A stretch of 64,000 bases of DNA from an uncultured delta proteobacterium (GTDB lineage: Bacteria > Myxococcota_A > Polyangia > Fen-1088), in NCBI GenBank assembly GCA_963767925.1, contig CAVYGB010000006.1:128001-192000 (forward strand), read 5' to 3'. The position numbers were made by a program, and so were the translations under genes. Of the stretch, positions 36,449 through 46,142 are shown piece after piece (within the stretch, counting starts at the first letter, position 1; each line of letters begins with the position of its first letter). Below the pieces are notes generated by a model. It was not told where the DNA came from. It was given only the letters and a program-made list of their open reading frames with translations, and did not search any database.

Positions 36449-38577
36449 TCGCCGCGGACGCGGCGGACACCGCCCGGACCCTGGCGCCCGGGCCGGCGCT
36501 GGTCGACGGAGCGGAGGTGCGCGCGGAGGACCTGGCGGTGGGGCGCGGCGGGCGGACGGTGCTGCGCGGGATCGACCTCGCGATCGCGCCGGGCGAGCAG
36601 CTCGCGCTGGTGGGAGCGAACGGGTCGGGCAAGACCACCCTGCTGCGGGCGCTGGCCGGGCTGGATCAGCCGCTCGCCGGGCGCCTGACCTGGGCGGGCG
36701 GGCCGCTGCCGCCGGGCCCCGCGCGTGTGCGCTCGCTCGGCGTGCTGTTCCAGGCCGAGCCTCCGGGGCCGTTCACGGTGGCCGAGCTGGTGGCCCTCGG
36801 GCTGGGCCTCGACGGCCCGCCCGGTCCGACCCAGCGCGATCGGGTGACCGCCACCCTCGCCCGCCTCGATCTGACGGCGCTGGCCCACCGCCCCTGCACC
36901 GCGCTCTCGGGCGGCGAGTGGCAGCGGGCCGCGCTCGGCCGGGCCCTCGTCGCCGGGGCCCGGGTGCTCCTGCTCGACGAGCCGGCCAGCCACCTCGATC
37001 CCGCCCGCCGGGCGGGGCTGCGCCGCCTGCTCGACAGTTTGCGCCCGGAGGTGGCGGTCGTCCTGGCCACCCACGACCTCGAGCAGGCCGCCCTGTGCGA
37101 CAGGGTGCTGCTGCTCGCCGGCGGCGGACCGCTCGCCCTCGGCCCGGCCCGCGAGGTCCTCACCCCGGACCGGCTGGCCGCCGCCCTCGACGTCGAGGTC
37201 CGCCGTCTCGACGATCCCGAGGGCGGCCCCCCGCTGTTCCGCGTGCTCGGCCCGGCCCGGAGCCGGCGGCCCGGCGAGACGCCCCCCGCGCCCCCGGCCC
37301 CACCCGCCGCCGACCCCGCCCGCCCCGCAGCGCGCCCCGGCGCCAGCCTGCTGCCGCGCGGGGGCCGCCGGAGCCTCGGCGTGCTCGTGGTGGGGCACGG
37401 CAGCCGCGAGGCGAAGGCCAACGAGGAATTCCTCACCCTCGTCGAGGCCTTCCGCGCGCGGGTGGCCCGCCCCGCCGGGGACGCGCTGGCCCGGCCCGTC
37501 GACGAGGTGGCGCACGCTCACATCGAGCTGGTCGGACCCTTCGTCGACGAGGCGCTCGCCGCGCTGGCCGCCCGCCACGACACGGTCGTGGTGCTGCCCC
37601 TGTTCCTGCTGCTGGTCGGCCACGCCAAGAACGATCTGCCGATCGCCCTGGCCCGGGCCCGGGCCGCCTTCCCCGCCGTGCGCTTCTCGGTCGGGCGCGA
37701 GCTCGGCATCCACACCTTGCTGCTCGACCTGCTGTACGAGCGGGCCGCCGCCGCCACGCCGCCCGAGGAGACCGGCAAGACCGCGGTCATCGTCGTGGGG
37801 CGGGGGTCGAGCGACCCCGACGCCAACGGCGAGCTGTGCAAGCTGGTGCGGCTGTTCGGCGAGGGGCGGGGCTTCGCCGCCGTCGCGCCGGCCTTCGCCG
37901 GGATCACGTCGCCGCGGCTGGCCGACGCCCTCGAGCAGGCGGCCCGCTCCCGGCCCGGCCGCATCCTCGTGGTCCCCCACCTGCTGTTCGCCGGCCGCCT
38001 CGTCGACCGCCTGCGCGAGGAGACGGCGGCCTTCGGCGCCCGTTACCCCTGGATCCGCACCACCGTGGCCGGGCACCTCGGCCCCGACCCGCGCCTCGGC
38101 GAGATCCTGGAGCAGCGGCTCGCCGAGGCGCTCTCCGGCCGGGACCCCCTGCCCTGCGACACCTGCCAGTACCGGGTGCCGGTGGCCGGCGTCGCCAGCA
38201 GCGTCGGTGGCCTGCGGGCCCTCCTCTGGAGCGTGCGGCACGGCTTCACCCACAGCCAGGCGGCGCCCCACCTGCACGCCCACCGCCCGCTCAGCAAACA
38301 CGTCCTCGTGTGCGGCAACGTCGACTGCGCCGCCGGCGGCAGCCTGGCCCTGCTCGACCGGCTGCGCCGGCTGATCAAGCGCGCCGGCCGCCAGCGGGAC
38401 ATCCGGGTGACCCGCACCTCGTGCATGGGCCGCTGTGGCGAGGGACCCACCGTGGCGGTCTACCCCGACGGCGTCTGGTACCGGGCCGTGCGCGAGACCG
38501 ACGCCGAGGACCTGGTGCGCGAGCACCTGCTGGCCGATCGCCTTGTCGCGCGGCTGGTCGACAACATCATGCAGTGA
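36436..38577 (+). CDS. cbiX: Fusion: BtuD-type ABC ATPase + CbiX cobaltochelatase + thioredoxin-like [2Fe-2S] ferredoxin
   Basis: GANGSGKTT, LSGGE, LLLDEP; then VGHGSR, VGHAKNDLP, GRGSSDPDAN, CDTCQYR; then CGNVDC..SCMGRCGEGP...VYPDGVWY, all in one frame. Confidence 0.85.
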   Translation: MGDLIAADAADTARTLAPGPALVDGAEVRAEDLAVGRGGRTVLRGIDLAIAPGEQLALVGANGSGKTTLLRALAGLDQPLAGRLTWAGGPLPPGPARVRSLGVLFQAEPPGPFTVAELVALGLGLDGPPGPTQRDRVTATLARLDLTALAHRPCTALSGGEWQRAALGRALVAGARVLLLDEPASHLDPARRAGLRRLLDSLRPEVAVVLATHDLEQAALCDRVLLLAGGGPLALGPAREVLTPDRLAAALDVEVRRLDDPEGGPPLFRVLGPARSRRPGETPPAPPAPPAADPARPAARPGASLLPRGGRRSLGVLVVGHGSREAKANEEFLTLVEAFRARVARPAGDALARPVDEVAHAHIELVGPFVDEALAALAARHDTVVVLPLFLLLVGHAKNDLPIALARARAAFPAVRFSVGRELGIHTLLLDLLYERAAAATPPEETGKTAVIVVGRGSSDPDANGELCKLVRLFGEGRGFAAVAPAFAGITSPRLADALEQAARSRPGRILVVPHLLFAGRLVDRLREETAAFGARYPWIRTTVAGHLGPDPRLGEILEQRLAEALSGRDPLPCDTCQYRVPVAGVASSVGGLRALLWSVRHGFTHSQAAPHLHAHRPLSKHVLVCGNVDCAAGGSLALLDRLRRLIKRAGRQRDIRVTRTSCMGRCGEGPTVAVYPDGVWYRAVRETDAEDLVREHLLADRLVARLVDNIMQ

Positions 38578-38591
38578 AAGAGAGGAAGATC

Positions 38592-38966
38592 ATGGCCTGT
38601 CACGAAATCGCCGCCCTCCGCCTGGGCCTCATGCAGGTGCTCGGCCGCAAGGACGAAGCCGAGCGGCAACACGAGATCGCCGAGCTGGGCAAAGGCGCGG
38701 AGGCGCCCGGTCCCATCCGCTCGCTGTGCGGGGCCCAGGACCTGGCCAACCTGCAGAGCTTTTACGCCAGCGCGCTCGCCGATCTGAACAGCAAGGTGGC
38801 CGACATGCGCCCGGACGATCCCCAGCTCGCCTACCACCGCACGCTGGTGGTCCTCACCAAGAAGGTCGAGCTGGACCTGGCCGCCCAGATCGACAACCTC
38901 ACCCGCCTCTATCAAGACCTGGACGAGATGCACGACTTCGTCCACGAGATGTACCCGGCCGAGTGA
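38592..38966 (+). CDS. DUF3209 family protein
   Basis: MACHEIAALRLGLM N-terminus, helical, C-terminal DLDEMHD; ATG after GAGGA. Confidence 0.75.
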   Translation: MACHEIAALRLGLMQVLGRKDEAERQHEIAELGKGAEAPGPIRSLCGAQDLANLQSFYASALADLNSKVADMRPDDPQLAYHRTLVVLTKKVELDLAAQIDNLTRLYQDLDEMHDFVHEMYPAE

Positions 38967-38970
38967 CCCC

Positions 38971-39774
38971 ATGGCCGTGACTCGCTTCGCAACCCTCCGC
39001 GCCGCCGAGCCCCTCGGCGGCGACACCCGCCTGCTCTCCTTCGATCTGCACGGTGACGAGCCGCTGGGGTTCTCCGGCGGGCAATACCTCATCGTCGACG
39101 CGGGCCTGGTCCTCCCCTCGGGCAAGGCGGTCAAGCGCGCCTATTCCATCCTCACCCCCGACGGCGACCAGCACCGCTTCACCCTGGCCAGCAAGCGGAT
39201 CGACCCCGGCCCCGGCTCGGGGTACATGCACGGGCTGCTCCCGGGCGCCGAGATCAAGTTCAGCGGCCCCTGGGGCAAGCTGCGACCGGACGGAGAGCGG
39301 CCGGGCCGGGTGCTCGTCCTCGCCACCGACACGGGGGTGACGGCCACCCTCGGGCTGGTGCTGGGCCGGGCCTTCGCCCCGCTGCTGCCGCGCACCCACT
39401 TCGTCTGGCTGCGCCCCGACCCCGGCTATTTCCTGCCCGAGGCCCTGGTCCGCGAGCGGCTCCCGGCCGGGCTGGAGGAGGTGGCGATCGACCTGCTGCC
39501 CCCCATCGGCCACCCCGAGCGGGTGGCCCACGTGCGCACGCGGCTGGCCGACGATCTCGGCCGCGCCGGCTCCAGCGCCCGCCGGCAGCCGGTGGCCCAG
39601 GCCTTCATCGCCGGGGACGGGACCATCAACTACGCGCTGCTCGACGACCTTGTCGCGGCCGGCATCCCCGCCACCCGGGACCACCTGGAGAGCTTCTTCA
39701 ACATGCCCAAGAAGAGCCCGGCGGCCCCCCCGGCCGGCGCAACGGCTACCGGAGCGAAGGGGGAGGCGGCATAG
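38971..39774 (+). CDS. FAD-binding oxidoreductase (ferredoxin-NADP reductase-like)
   Basis: GQY, KRAYSI, GPGSGYMH, SGPWG, LATDTGVT. Confidence 0.8.
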   Translation: MAVTRFATLRAAEPLGGDTRLLSFDLHGDEPLGFSGGQYLIVDAGLVLPSGKAVKRAYSILTPDGDQHRFTLASKRIDPGPGSGYMHGLLPGAEIKFSGPWGKLRPDGERPGRVLVLATDTGVTATLGLVLGRAFAPLLPRTHFVWLRPDPGYFLPEALVRERLPAGLEEVAIDLLPPIGHPERVAHVRTRLADDLGRAGSSARRQPVAQAFIAGDGTINYALLDDLVAAGIPATRDHLESFFNMPKKSPAAPPAGATATGAKGEAA

Positions 39775-39784
39775 TCCGTGGATC

Positions 39785-40888
39785 GTGGAACGCCCACCGA
39801 CTCCCGAGGAGAGAAAGCGGCTGCGCACCGGCTTCACCACCGGGGCCTGCGCGGCCGCGGCGGCCAAGGCGGCGGCCCGGGCCCTGCGCACGGGCGCGCC
39901 CCTCACGGAGATCGAGACCACCTTGCCCAACCGGCAGCGGGTGACCTTCGCCCTGAAGCGCTGCGAGATCCTCGGGCAGCAGGCGACGGCGAGCGTGATC
40001 AAGGACGCGGGCGACGATCCCGACTGCACCCACGGGGCGGAGCTGACCGCCACCGTCGAGCTGACCGACACCCCGGACATCGTGCTGCAGGCGGGGGCCG
40101 GGGTGGCCACCGTGACCAAGCCGGGGCTGGGTCTGGAGGTGGGTGGGCCGGCCATCACCGCGGTGCCGCGCAAGAACATCCGCGAGATGGTGGCGGCGGA
40201 GCTGGCGCCCGGGCAGGGGGCCATCGTCGTCATCAGCGTGCCGGGGGGCGAGGAGATGGCCAAGCAGACGCTCAACGCCCGGCTGGGCCTGCTCGGCGGC
40301 ATCTCGATCCTGGGGACCACCGGGATCGTCAAGCCGTACTCCACGGCTGCCTACAAGGCCAGCGTGGTGCAGGCCATCGACGTGGCCCACGAGCGGGGGC
40401 TGCGGACGGTGGTGGTGACAACCGGGGGCAAGTCCGAGACCTACGCCATGAAGCTGCACCCGGGCCTGCCCGAGGAGGCGTTCATCCAGATGGGTGACTT
40501 CGTCGGGATCACCCTGCGCCACTGCGCCCGCCGGGGCATCGAGCAGGCGGTCGTCGTCGGCATGATCGGCAAGCTGTCGAAGATGGCCGATGGCAAGATG
40601 CAGACCCACGCCGCCGGCTCCGAGGTGAACATGGAGCTGCTGGCCAACCTGGCGGCCGAGCTCGGCGCCAGCTCCGAGCTGCAGGCCCGCATCCGGGCGG
40701 CCAACACCGCCCGGCACGTGCTGGAGATCTGCACCGCCGAGGGGCTGACCGGCATCGCCGCCCTGATCTGCCGCAAGGTGGTGGGTCACGGCACCCGGCA
40801 CGCGGGGGGAACCCTCGCGGTGGCGGCGGTGCTCGTCGATTTCGACGGAAAAGTGCTGGGACGTTTCCCGGAGACGGAGTCGACATGA
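39785..40888 (+). CDS. cbiD: Cobalt-precorrin-5B C1-methyltransferase
   Basis: LRTGFTTGACAAAAAKAA, IKDAGDDPDCTHG, TLNARLG..GGISILGTTG. Start uncertain. Confidence 0.93.
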   Translation: MERPPTPEERKRLRTGFTTGACAAAAAKAAARALRTGAPLTEIETTLPNRQRVTFALKRCEILGQQATASVIKDAGDDPDCTHGAELTATVELTDTPDIVLQAGAGVATVTKPGLGLEVGGPAITAVPRKNIREMVAAELAPGQGAIVVISVPGGEEMAKQTLNARLGLLGGISILGTTGIVKPYSTAAYKASVVQAIDVAHERGLRTVVVTTGGKSETYAMKLHPGLPEEAFIQMGDFVGITLRHCARRGIEQAVVVGMIGKLSKMADGKMQTHAAGSEVNMELLANLAAELGASSELQARIRAANTARHVLEICTAEGLTGIAALICRKVVGHGTRHAGGTLAVAAVLVDFDGKVLGRFPETEST

Positions 40889-41601
40889 ACGAGGAACAGA
40901 CCAGAGCGCGCGGACCCGCCGAGGCCGCGCCGTCCGACATGCGGCAGATGACCGACCGCGGGCGCAACATCGAGGACTCCAGCTTCGCCATCATCGACGC
41001 CGAGGCCGGGGAGCACGGCTTTGGCCCCCGCGACTGGCAGGTGGTGCGGCGGGTCGTGCACGCCACCGCCGACTTCGAGTTCGTGAAGCTCATGCGCCTG
41101 CACCCCGAAGCAGTGGCGGCAGGGGTGCGGGCCCTGCGCGGCGGCTGCCCGGTGCTCGTCGACGTCAAGATGATCGCCGCCGGGCTCAACGAGGACCGGC
41201 TGCGGGCCTACGGCTGCGCCATCCACTCCCACATCTCCGACGAGGACGTGATCGCCACCGCCCGGGCGGCCAACTCCACCCGGGCCATCGAGGCCATGCG
41301 CAAGGCCCACCGCCTGGGCCTGCTCGACGGCGCCGTGGTGGCCATCGGCAACGCCCCCACCGCCCTGCTCGAGCTGGTCCGGCTGGTAAACCAGGAGGGG
41401 GCCCGCCCGGCCCTCGTGATCGGCGTGCCGGTGGGGTTCGTGTCGGCGGCCGAGTCGAAGGAGGCCGCCCTGGGCCTCGCGGTCCCCACCATCGTGGCCC
41501 GCGGGCGCAAGGGGGGCAGCCCCATCGCGGTGGCCATCATCCACGCCCTCCTCCTCCTCAGCGTCGAGCCGAAGGCCGGCGAAGCGGGAGGGCCGGCGTG
41601 A
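40885..41601 (+). CDS. cbiC: Precorrin-8X methylmutase
   Basis: IEDSSFAII, RVVHATAD, IGNAPTAL, PVGFVSAAESK, GRKGGS. Confidence 0.95.
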   Translation: MNEEQTRARGPAEAAPSDMRQMTDRGRNIEDSSFAIIDAEAGEHGFGPRDWQVVRRVVHATADFEFVKLMRLHPEAVAAGVRALRGGCPVLVDVKMIAAGLNEDRLRAYGCAIHSHISDEDVIATARAANSTRAIEAMRKAHRLGLLDGAVVAIGNAPTALLELVRLVNQEGARPALVIGVPVGFVSAAESKEAALGLAVPTIVARGRKGGSPIAVAIIHALLLLSVEPKAGEAGGPA

Positions 41602-42866
41602 AGCCCGGACGGGCGGTCCGCGTGATCGGCATCGGAGACGACGGCTGCAAGGGCCTGTCGGCCAGGGCCATGGAGGCGGTCCTCACCGCCGAGTGGCTGG
41701 TGGGGGGCGAGCGCCAGCTCGGTTTTTTCCCCCAGTTTCGCGGCGAGCGCATCGTGCTCAAAGGTGGCCTGCTGCCCGCCCTCGATCGGGTGGCGGCGCT
41801 GGCCGACGAGCACAACGTCTGCGTGCTGGCCTCGGGCGACCCGCTGTTCTTCGGGGTGGGAGGCCTGCTCGTCGAGCGGCTGGGGGCCGAACACGTCGAG
41901 GTGCTGCCGCAGCCGAGCGCTCTGCAGTGGGCCTTCGCCCGGGCGGGGCTGCGCTGGGACGACGCCGACTTTCTCTCGCTGCACGGCCGCTCGCGCGAGG
42001 GGTTCCTCACCCGCCTCCGCGGCAGCCGCAAGCTGGCCCTGTTCACCGACGCCAGCAACAACCCCGCCGCCCTGGCCGCCTTCCTGCTCGAGCACGGGCA
42101 GACCGGCTTTACCGCCTGGGTGTGCGAGAACCTGGGCGGCCCCGACGAGCGGGTGCGGCGCTTCTCGATCGCCGACCTGGCCGCCTGCGCCGACGTGGGC
42201 CCCCTCAACGTGCTCATCCTCGTGCGCGACGATCCGGCCTGGCGCCCGCCCCCCGCGATCCCCTTCCTGCACGAGGACGCCTTCGCCAAGCGCATGCCGA
42301 AGAAGGGCCTCATCACGAAACGGGAGGTGCGCCTGCTGTCGCTGGCCGCCCTGCAGATCCGCCCGGACAGCGTTGTCTGGGACATCGGCGCCGGCTCCGG
42401 CTCGGTGGCCATCGAGGCCGCGCTGCTGGCGCCCCGGGGCCGGGTCTACGCGATCGAGGTGGACCCCGAGGGGGTGGAGATCTGCCGGGACAACCTGCGC
42501 ACCCACGCCGTGGACAACGTGCGGGTCATCGCCGGGAGGGCCCCCGAGGCCCTGGCCGACCTGGAGGCGCCCGACGCCGTGTTCGTGGGCGGCAGCCAGG
42601 GCAGCCTCGAGGAGATCGCCGAGGTCGCCCTGCAGCGGCTGCGGCCGGGTGGCCGGCTGGTGGTCAACGCCATCACCCTCGACAACACCACCGAGGCCTA
42701 CGGGCTGTTCAAGCGGCACGGGCTCCTTCCCGAGGTGACCCTGCTGCAGGTGTCGCGCTCGCAGCCCATCGGCAAGGGGCCCGAGGCGGGGGGCCACCGC
42801 TACCTGCGCTTCGAGGCCCTCAACCCGATCCAGATCTTCGCGGTCAGCAAGGAAGGCAGCTCATGA
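41598..42866 (+). CDS. cbiET: Precorrin-6Y C5,15-methyltransferase (CbiE-CbiT fusion, CobL type)
   Basis: LASGDPLFFG, SLHGR, ENLG..DE, ITKREVR, WDIGAGSGSV, PDAVFVGG. Confidence 0.93.
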   Translation: MKPGRAVRVIGIGDDGCKGLSARAMEAVLTAEWLVGGERQLGFFPQFRGERIVLKGGLLPALDRVAALADEHNVCVLASGDPLFFGVGGLLVERLGAEHVEVLPQPSALQWAFARAGLRWDDADFLSLHGRSREGFLTRLRGSRKLALFTDASNNPAALAAFLLEHGQTGFTAWVCENLGGPDERVRRFSIADLAACADVGPLNVLILVRDDPAWRPPPAIPFLHEDAFAKRMPKKGLITKREVRLLSLAALQIRPDSVVWDIGAGSGSVAIEAALLAPRGRVYAIEVDPEGVEICRDNLRTHAVDNVRVIAGRAPEALADLEAPDAVFVGGSQGSLEEIAEVALQRLRPGGRLVVNAITLDNTTEAYGLFKRHGLLPEVTLLQVSRSQPIGKGPEAGGHRYLRFEALNPIQIFAVSKEGSS

Positions 42867-43667
42867 CCGGCAACGGCGACGGCGCCCCCGCCCCACGCTC
42901 CGAAGGCGCCTCCCGGGCCAAGCTCTACGGCGTGGGGGTCGGCCCCGGCGCGCCCGATCTCCTCACCTTCCGCGCGCAGCGAGTCCTGCGCGAGAGCCAG
43001 GTGCTGGTGCTCCCGCGGGCCAACGACCACACCGGGTCGATGGCCTGGCGGATCGCCCGTTCGGTTGTGGGGGAGGTGCCCGGGCAAGAGCGCCTGTTCC
43101 TCACCTTCCCGATGCGCAAGGACCCCGACCTGCTGCGGCCGGCCTGGGACCGGGCCTTCGCCGAGATCGGGGCCCGCCTCGAGCGCGGGCTGACCGTCGC
43201 CTTCGTGACCGAGGGGGACCCCTCCGTCTACAGCACCTTCATCTATCTGGCCCGGGAGGCTCCCCGCCGCTGGCCCGGCGTCCCGGTCGAGGTGGTCCCG
43301 GGGGTCACCTCGGTCACGGCGGTGCCAGCGGTGACCGGCGTGCCGCTGGCCGACGGCCTCGAGCGGATCGCCATCGTGCCGGCCAACTACGGGGTGCCCG
43401 ACCTGGCCGAGCTCCTGCACGAAGTTCGACACCGTGGTCCTCATGAAGATCGGAGGTGAGATGCCGGCGGTGATCGAGGCCCTCGAGCGCACCGCCCTCA
43501 CCGACCGGGCGGTCTTCGTCTCCCGGGCCACCATGCCCGACCAGCGGATCGAGCGCGACGTGCGCCAGGTGGGGGCCGAACACGGCGACTGCTTCGCCAT
43601 GGTGGTGGTGGCCAAGAAGGAGCGCAACGGCGTGTTGCTCCCCGAGACGCCGGGGGGCGGACGATGA
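42863..43667 (+). CDS. cbiL: Precorrin-2 C20-methyltransferase, frameshifted near 43415-43425
   Basis: LYGVGVGPG.PDLLT, TEGDPSVYSTF, VVPGVTS in one frame; continues as KFDTVVLMKIG in another. Confidence 0.85.
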
Positions 43668-44791
43668 GCAGCGCGCGGCGGCCGTTCGCCGTCTATGCCA
43701 TCACCCGCCACGGGATCGAGATCGCCAGCCGCCTGCTGGCCGGGCTGCCCGAGGCCGACCTCTACGTCTCCGAGAAGCTGTTCGACCGGGCGCCGGCCGG
43801 GGCCCGGCGGCTGCCCCTGCCGATGGGGCCGCTGCTCACCGACGCCTTCTTCGCCTACGACTGCCACCTGTTCGTGATCAGCGTGGGGGCGGTGGTGCGC
43901 ATGGTGGCCCCCCTGCTGAAGAACAAGAAGGTCGACCCGGCGGTGCTGTGCGTGGACGACGCCAGCCGCTTCACCATCTGCGTGCTGTCGGGCCACGTCG
44001 GGCGGGGCAACGCCTTCACCGAGCGGGTGTCGACCCTCCTCGGCAACCAGGCGGTCATCACCACCGCCTCCGACGTCATCGGCACCCTCACGGTGGACAT
44101 CCTGGGGCGGGACCTGGGCTGGACCCTCGACGATCCCGACCGCAACGTCACCCGGGGCTGCGCCGCGGTGGTGAACGCCGCCCCGGTGCTGTTCGTGCAG
44201 GAGGCGGGCGAGGCGGGCTTCTGGCCCGAGGACCGGCCGCTGCCCGAGGGGGTGAGCTACACCCGCTCGCTCGAGGGGGTGGACCCCGCCGCCCACGAGA
44301 TCCTGCTCATCGCCAGCGACCGCGACCTGCGGGCCACCCACCCGGCCCACTTCGCCAACGCCGTTGTCTACCGGCCCAAGAGCCTGGTGCTCGGCATCGG
44401 CTGCGACCGGGGCACGGCGCCCGAGCTGATCGAGCGGGGGGTGGCGGCCTTGCTCGAGCGGTACGGCCTGTCGCAAAAGTGCGTGAAGGCGGTCGCCACC
44501 CTCGACCGGAAGGCCGACGAGCCCGGGCTGCTCGCCCTGTGCGAGCAGCACGGCTGGCCCCTGCGCGCCTTCACCGCCGCCGAGCTGGACGCCGTCCCCG
44601 GCATCGAGAACCCCTCGGCGGTGGTCGAGCGCCACGTGGGCACCCGGGGCGTGTCCGAGCCGGCCGCGCTGCTGGCGGCGGGGGCCGACCGCCTGCTGGT
44701 CGGCAAGCAGATCTACACCGAGCCCGGGGCCGGGCGCTCGATGACCCTGGCGGTGGCGCGCATCCCCTTTGCTCCCAGGAGACAGCCATGA
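43664..44791 (+). CDS. cbiG: Cobalt-precorrin-5A hydrolase
   Basis: GAVVR..APLL..K..DPAV, LSGHVG, VITTASD, LGIGCDRG, GVSEPAAL. Confidence 0.93.
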   Translation: MSSARRPFAVYAITRHGIEIASRLLAGLPEADLYVSEKLFDRAPAGARRLPLPMGPLLTDAFFAYDCHLFVISVGAVVRMVAPLLKNKKVDPAVLCVDDASRFTICVLSGHVGRGNAFTERVSTLLGNQAVITTASDVIGTLTVDILGRDLGWTLDDPDRNVTRGCAAVVNAAPVLFVQEAGEAGFWPEDRPLPEGVSYTRSLEGVDPAAHEILLIASDRDLRATHPAHFANAVVYRPKSLVLGIGCDRGTAPELIERGVAALLERYGLSQKCVKAVATLDRKADEPGLLALCEQHGWPLRAFTAAELDAVPGIENPSAVVERHVGTRGVSEPAALLAAGADRLLVGKQIYTEPGAGRSMTLAVARIPFAPRRQP

Positions 44792-45720
44792 GCGACGGCA
44801 AGATCGACGGCGAGGGCGACGGCGACAGCGACAGCGCGGCGAGAGGCTCGCTCACCATCGTGGGCATCGGGCCGGGCGCGGAGGACCACACGACCCCCGC
44901 CGCCCTGCGGGCCATCCGGGAGGCGGAGGTGGTGGTCGGCTACACGACCTACATCCGGCTGGTGCGGCCGCTGCTCGCGGGCAAGGAGATCATCAAGACC
45001 GGCATGACCGAGGAGATCGGGCGAGCCCGGGCCGCGGTCGAGCGGGCCCGGGCGGGGGCCAAGGTGGTGATCATCTCCTCGGGAGACGCGGGGGTGTACG
45101 GCATGGCAGGCCTCGTGTTCCAGGTCCTGCAGGACATCGGCTGGCGGCGGGGGGACCCGCCCCGGCTGGGGATGGTGCCGGGCATGACCGCCCTGAACTC
45201 GACCGCCTCCCTGGTGGGGGCGCCGCTGGGGCACGACTTCTGCGCCATCTCCCTCTCCGATCTGCTGACCCCCTGGCCGATCATCGCCCGGCGGATCGAG
45301 GCGGCGGCGGCCTCCGACTTCGTGATCGGCCTTTACAACCCGGCCAGCGGGCGGCGGCAGCGGCAGCTCGTCGAGGCCCAGGCGATCATCCGCCGGCACC
45401 GCCCGGGGACCACGCCGGTGGGCCTGGTCAAGAGCGCCTACCGGAAGCTGCAGCAGGTGGACCTGACCGACCTCGATCACCTGCTGCAGTTCGAGATCGG
45501 CATGTTGACCACGGTGCTGGTCGGCTCGAGCCAGACCTTCGTCTACGAGGGGTACATGATCACGCCCCGGGGCTACACGAACAAGTACACCTGGGAGGGC
45601 GAGACGTTGCCCGGCCAGACCCCCGGTCGCAGCCTGGTGATCGACAGCGCGGCCACGGCCACGGCCACGGCGACAGCCACAGCGACAGCGCCGCCGCAGC
45701 CGTCGAGGGAGGAGCCATGA
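44788..45720 (+). CDS. cbiH: Precorrin-3B C17-methyltransferase
   Basis: VGIGPG, SSGDAGVYGMA, GAPLGHDFCAISLSDLLTPW, LYNP.S, ITPRGY. Confidence 0.95.
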   Translation: MSDGKIDGEGDGDSDSAARGSLTIVGIGPGAEDHTTPAALRAIREAEVVVGYTTYIRLVRPLLAGKEIIKTGMTEEIGRARAAVERARAGAKVVIISSGDAGVYGMAGLVFQVLQDIGWRRGDPPRLGMVPGMTALNSTASLVGAPLGHDFCAISLSDLLTPWPIIARRIEAAAASDFVIGLYNPASGRRQRQLVEAQAIIRRHRPGTTPVGLVKSAYRKLQQVDLTDLDHLLQFEIGMLTTVLVGSSQTFVYEGYMITPRGYTNKYTWEGETLPGQTPGRSLVIDSAATATATATATATAPPQPSREEP

Positions 45721-46142
45721 GCCGGGTGGGACGGCTGGCGGGGGCGCTGCTGGCCGAGACCGAGGGGCGCTACTTCCTGGTGGGCAACCTCAAGCGGCCT
45801 TGCGACTTCGCGGCCGCCGGGTTCGAGGCGCCGGCGGTGGCGGTCGATGCCCAGGCCCGGCCCTACCTCGAGCTGCGGCGGGCGGGCCGGTTCGCCGTCG
45901 ACAGCGTCTGGCTGGTGCTGCCCCTCGAGGGGGAGGCCCTCGCCCGGGAGCTGGCCGAGCGGATGGTGATCACCCGTACCGGATCGGTGAGCGACCGGCT
46001 GTGGCGGCTGATCCTGGGAGAGGACGAAGAAGACGCTGCCCCGGCCAGCCCACAACCCGGCGAGGTGCCAGCGGCCTGGGTGGTGGAGATGCCGGGGCGG
46101 GTGTGGGCGATCGTCCGGGACACCGTCCTGAGGTGCACGTGA
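45717..46142 (+). CDS. Hypothetical protein within the cobalamin operon
   Basis: GGAGG RBS; ATGA and GTGA overlaps with cbiH and cbiF; FLVGNLKRPCD, GSVSDRLW. Confidence 0.75.
   Translation: MSRVGRLAGALLAETEGRYFLVGNLKRPCDFAAAGFEAPAVAVDAQARPYLELRRAGRFAVDSVWLVLPLEGEALARELAERMVITRTGSVSDRLWRLILGEDEEDAAPASPQPGEVPAAWVVEMPGRVWAIVRDTVLRCT

Noticed and set aside
45650..45690. Ala-Thr repeat at the cbiH C-terminus
   Set aside because: Short low-complexity tail with mixed codons.
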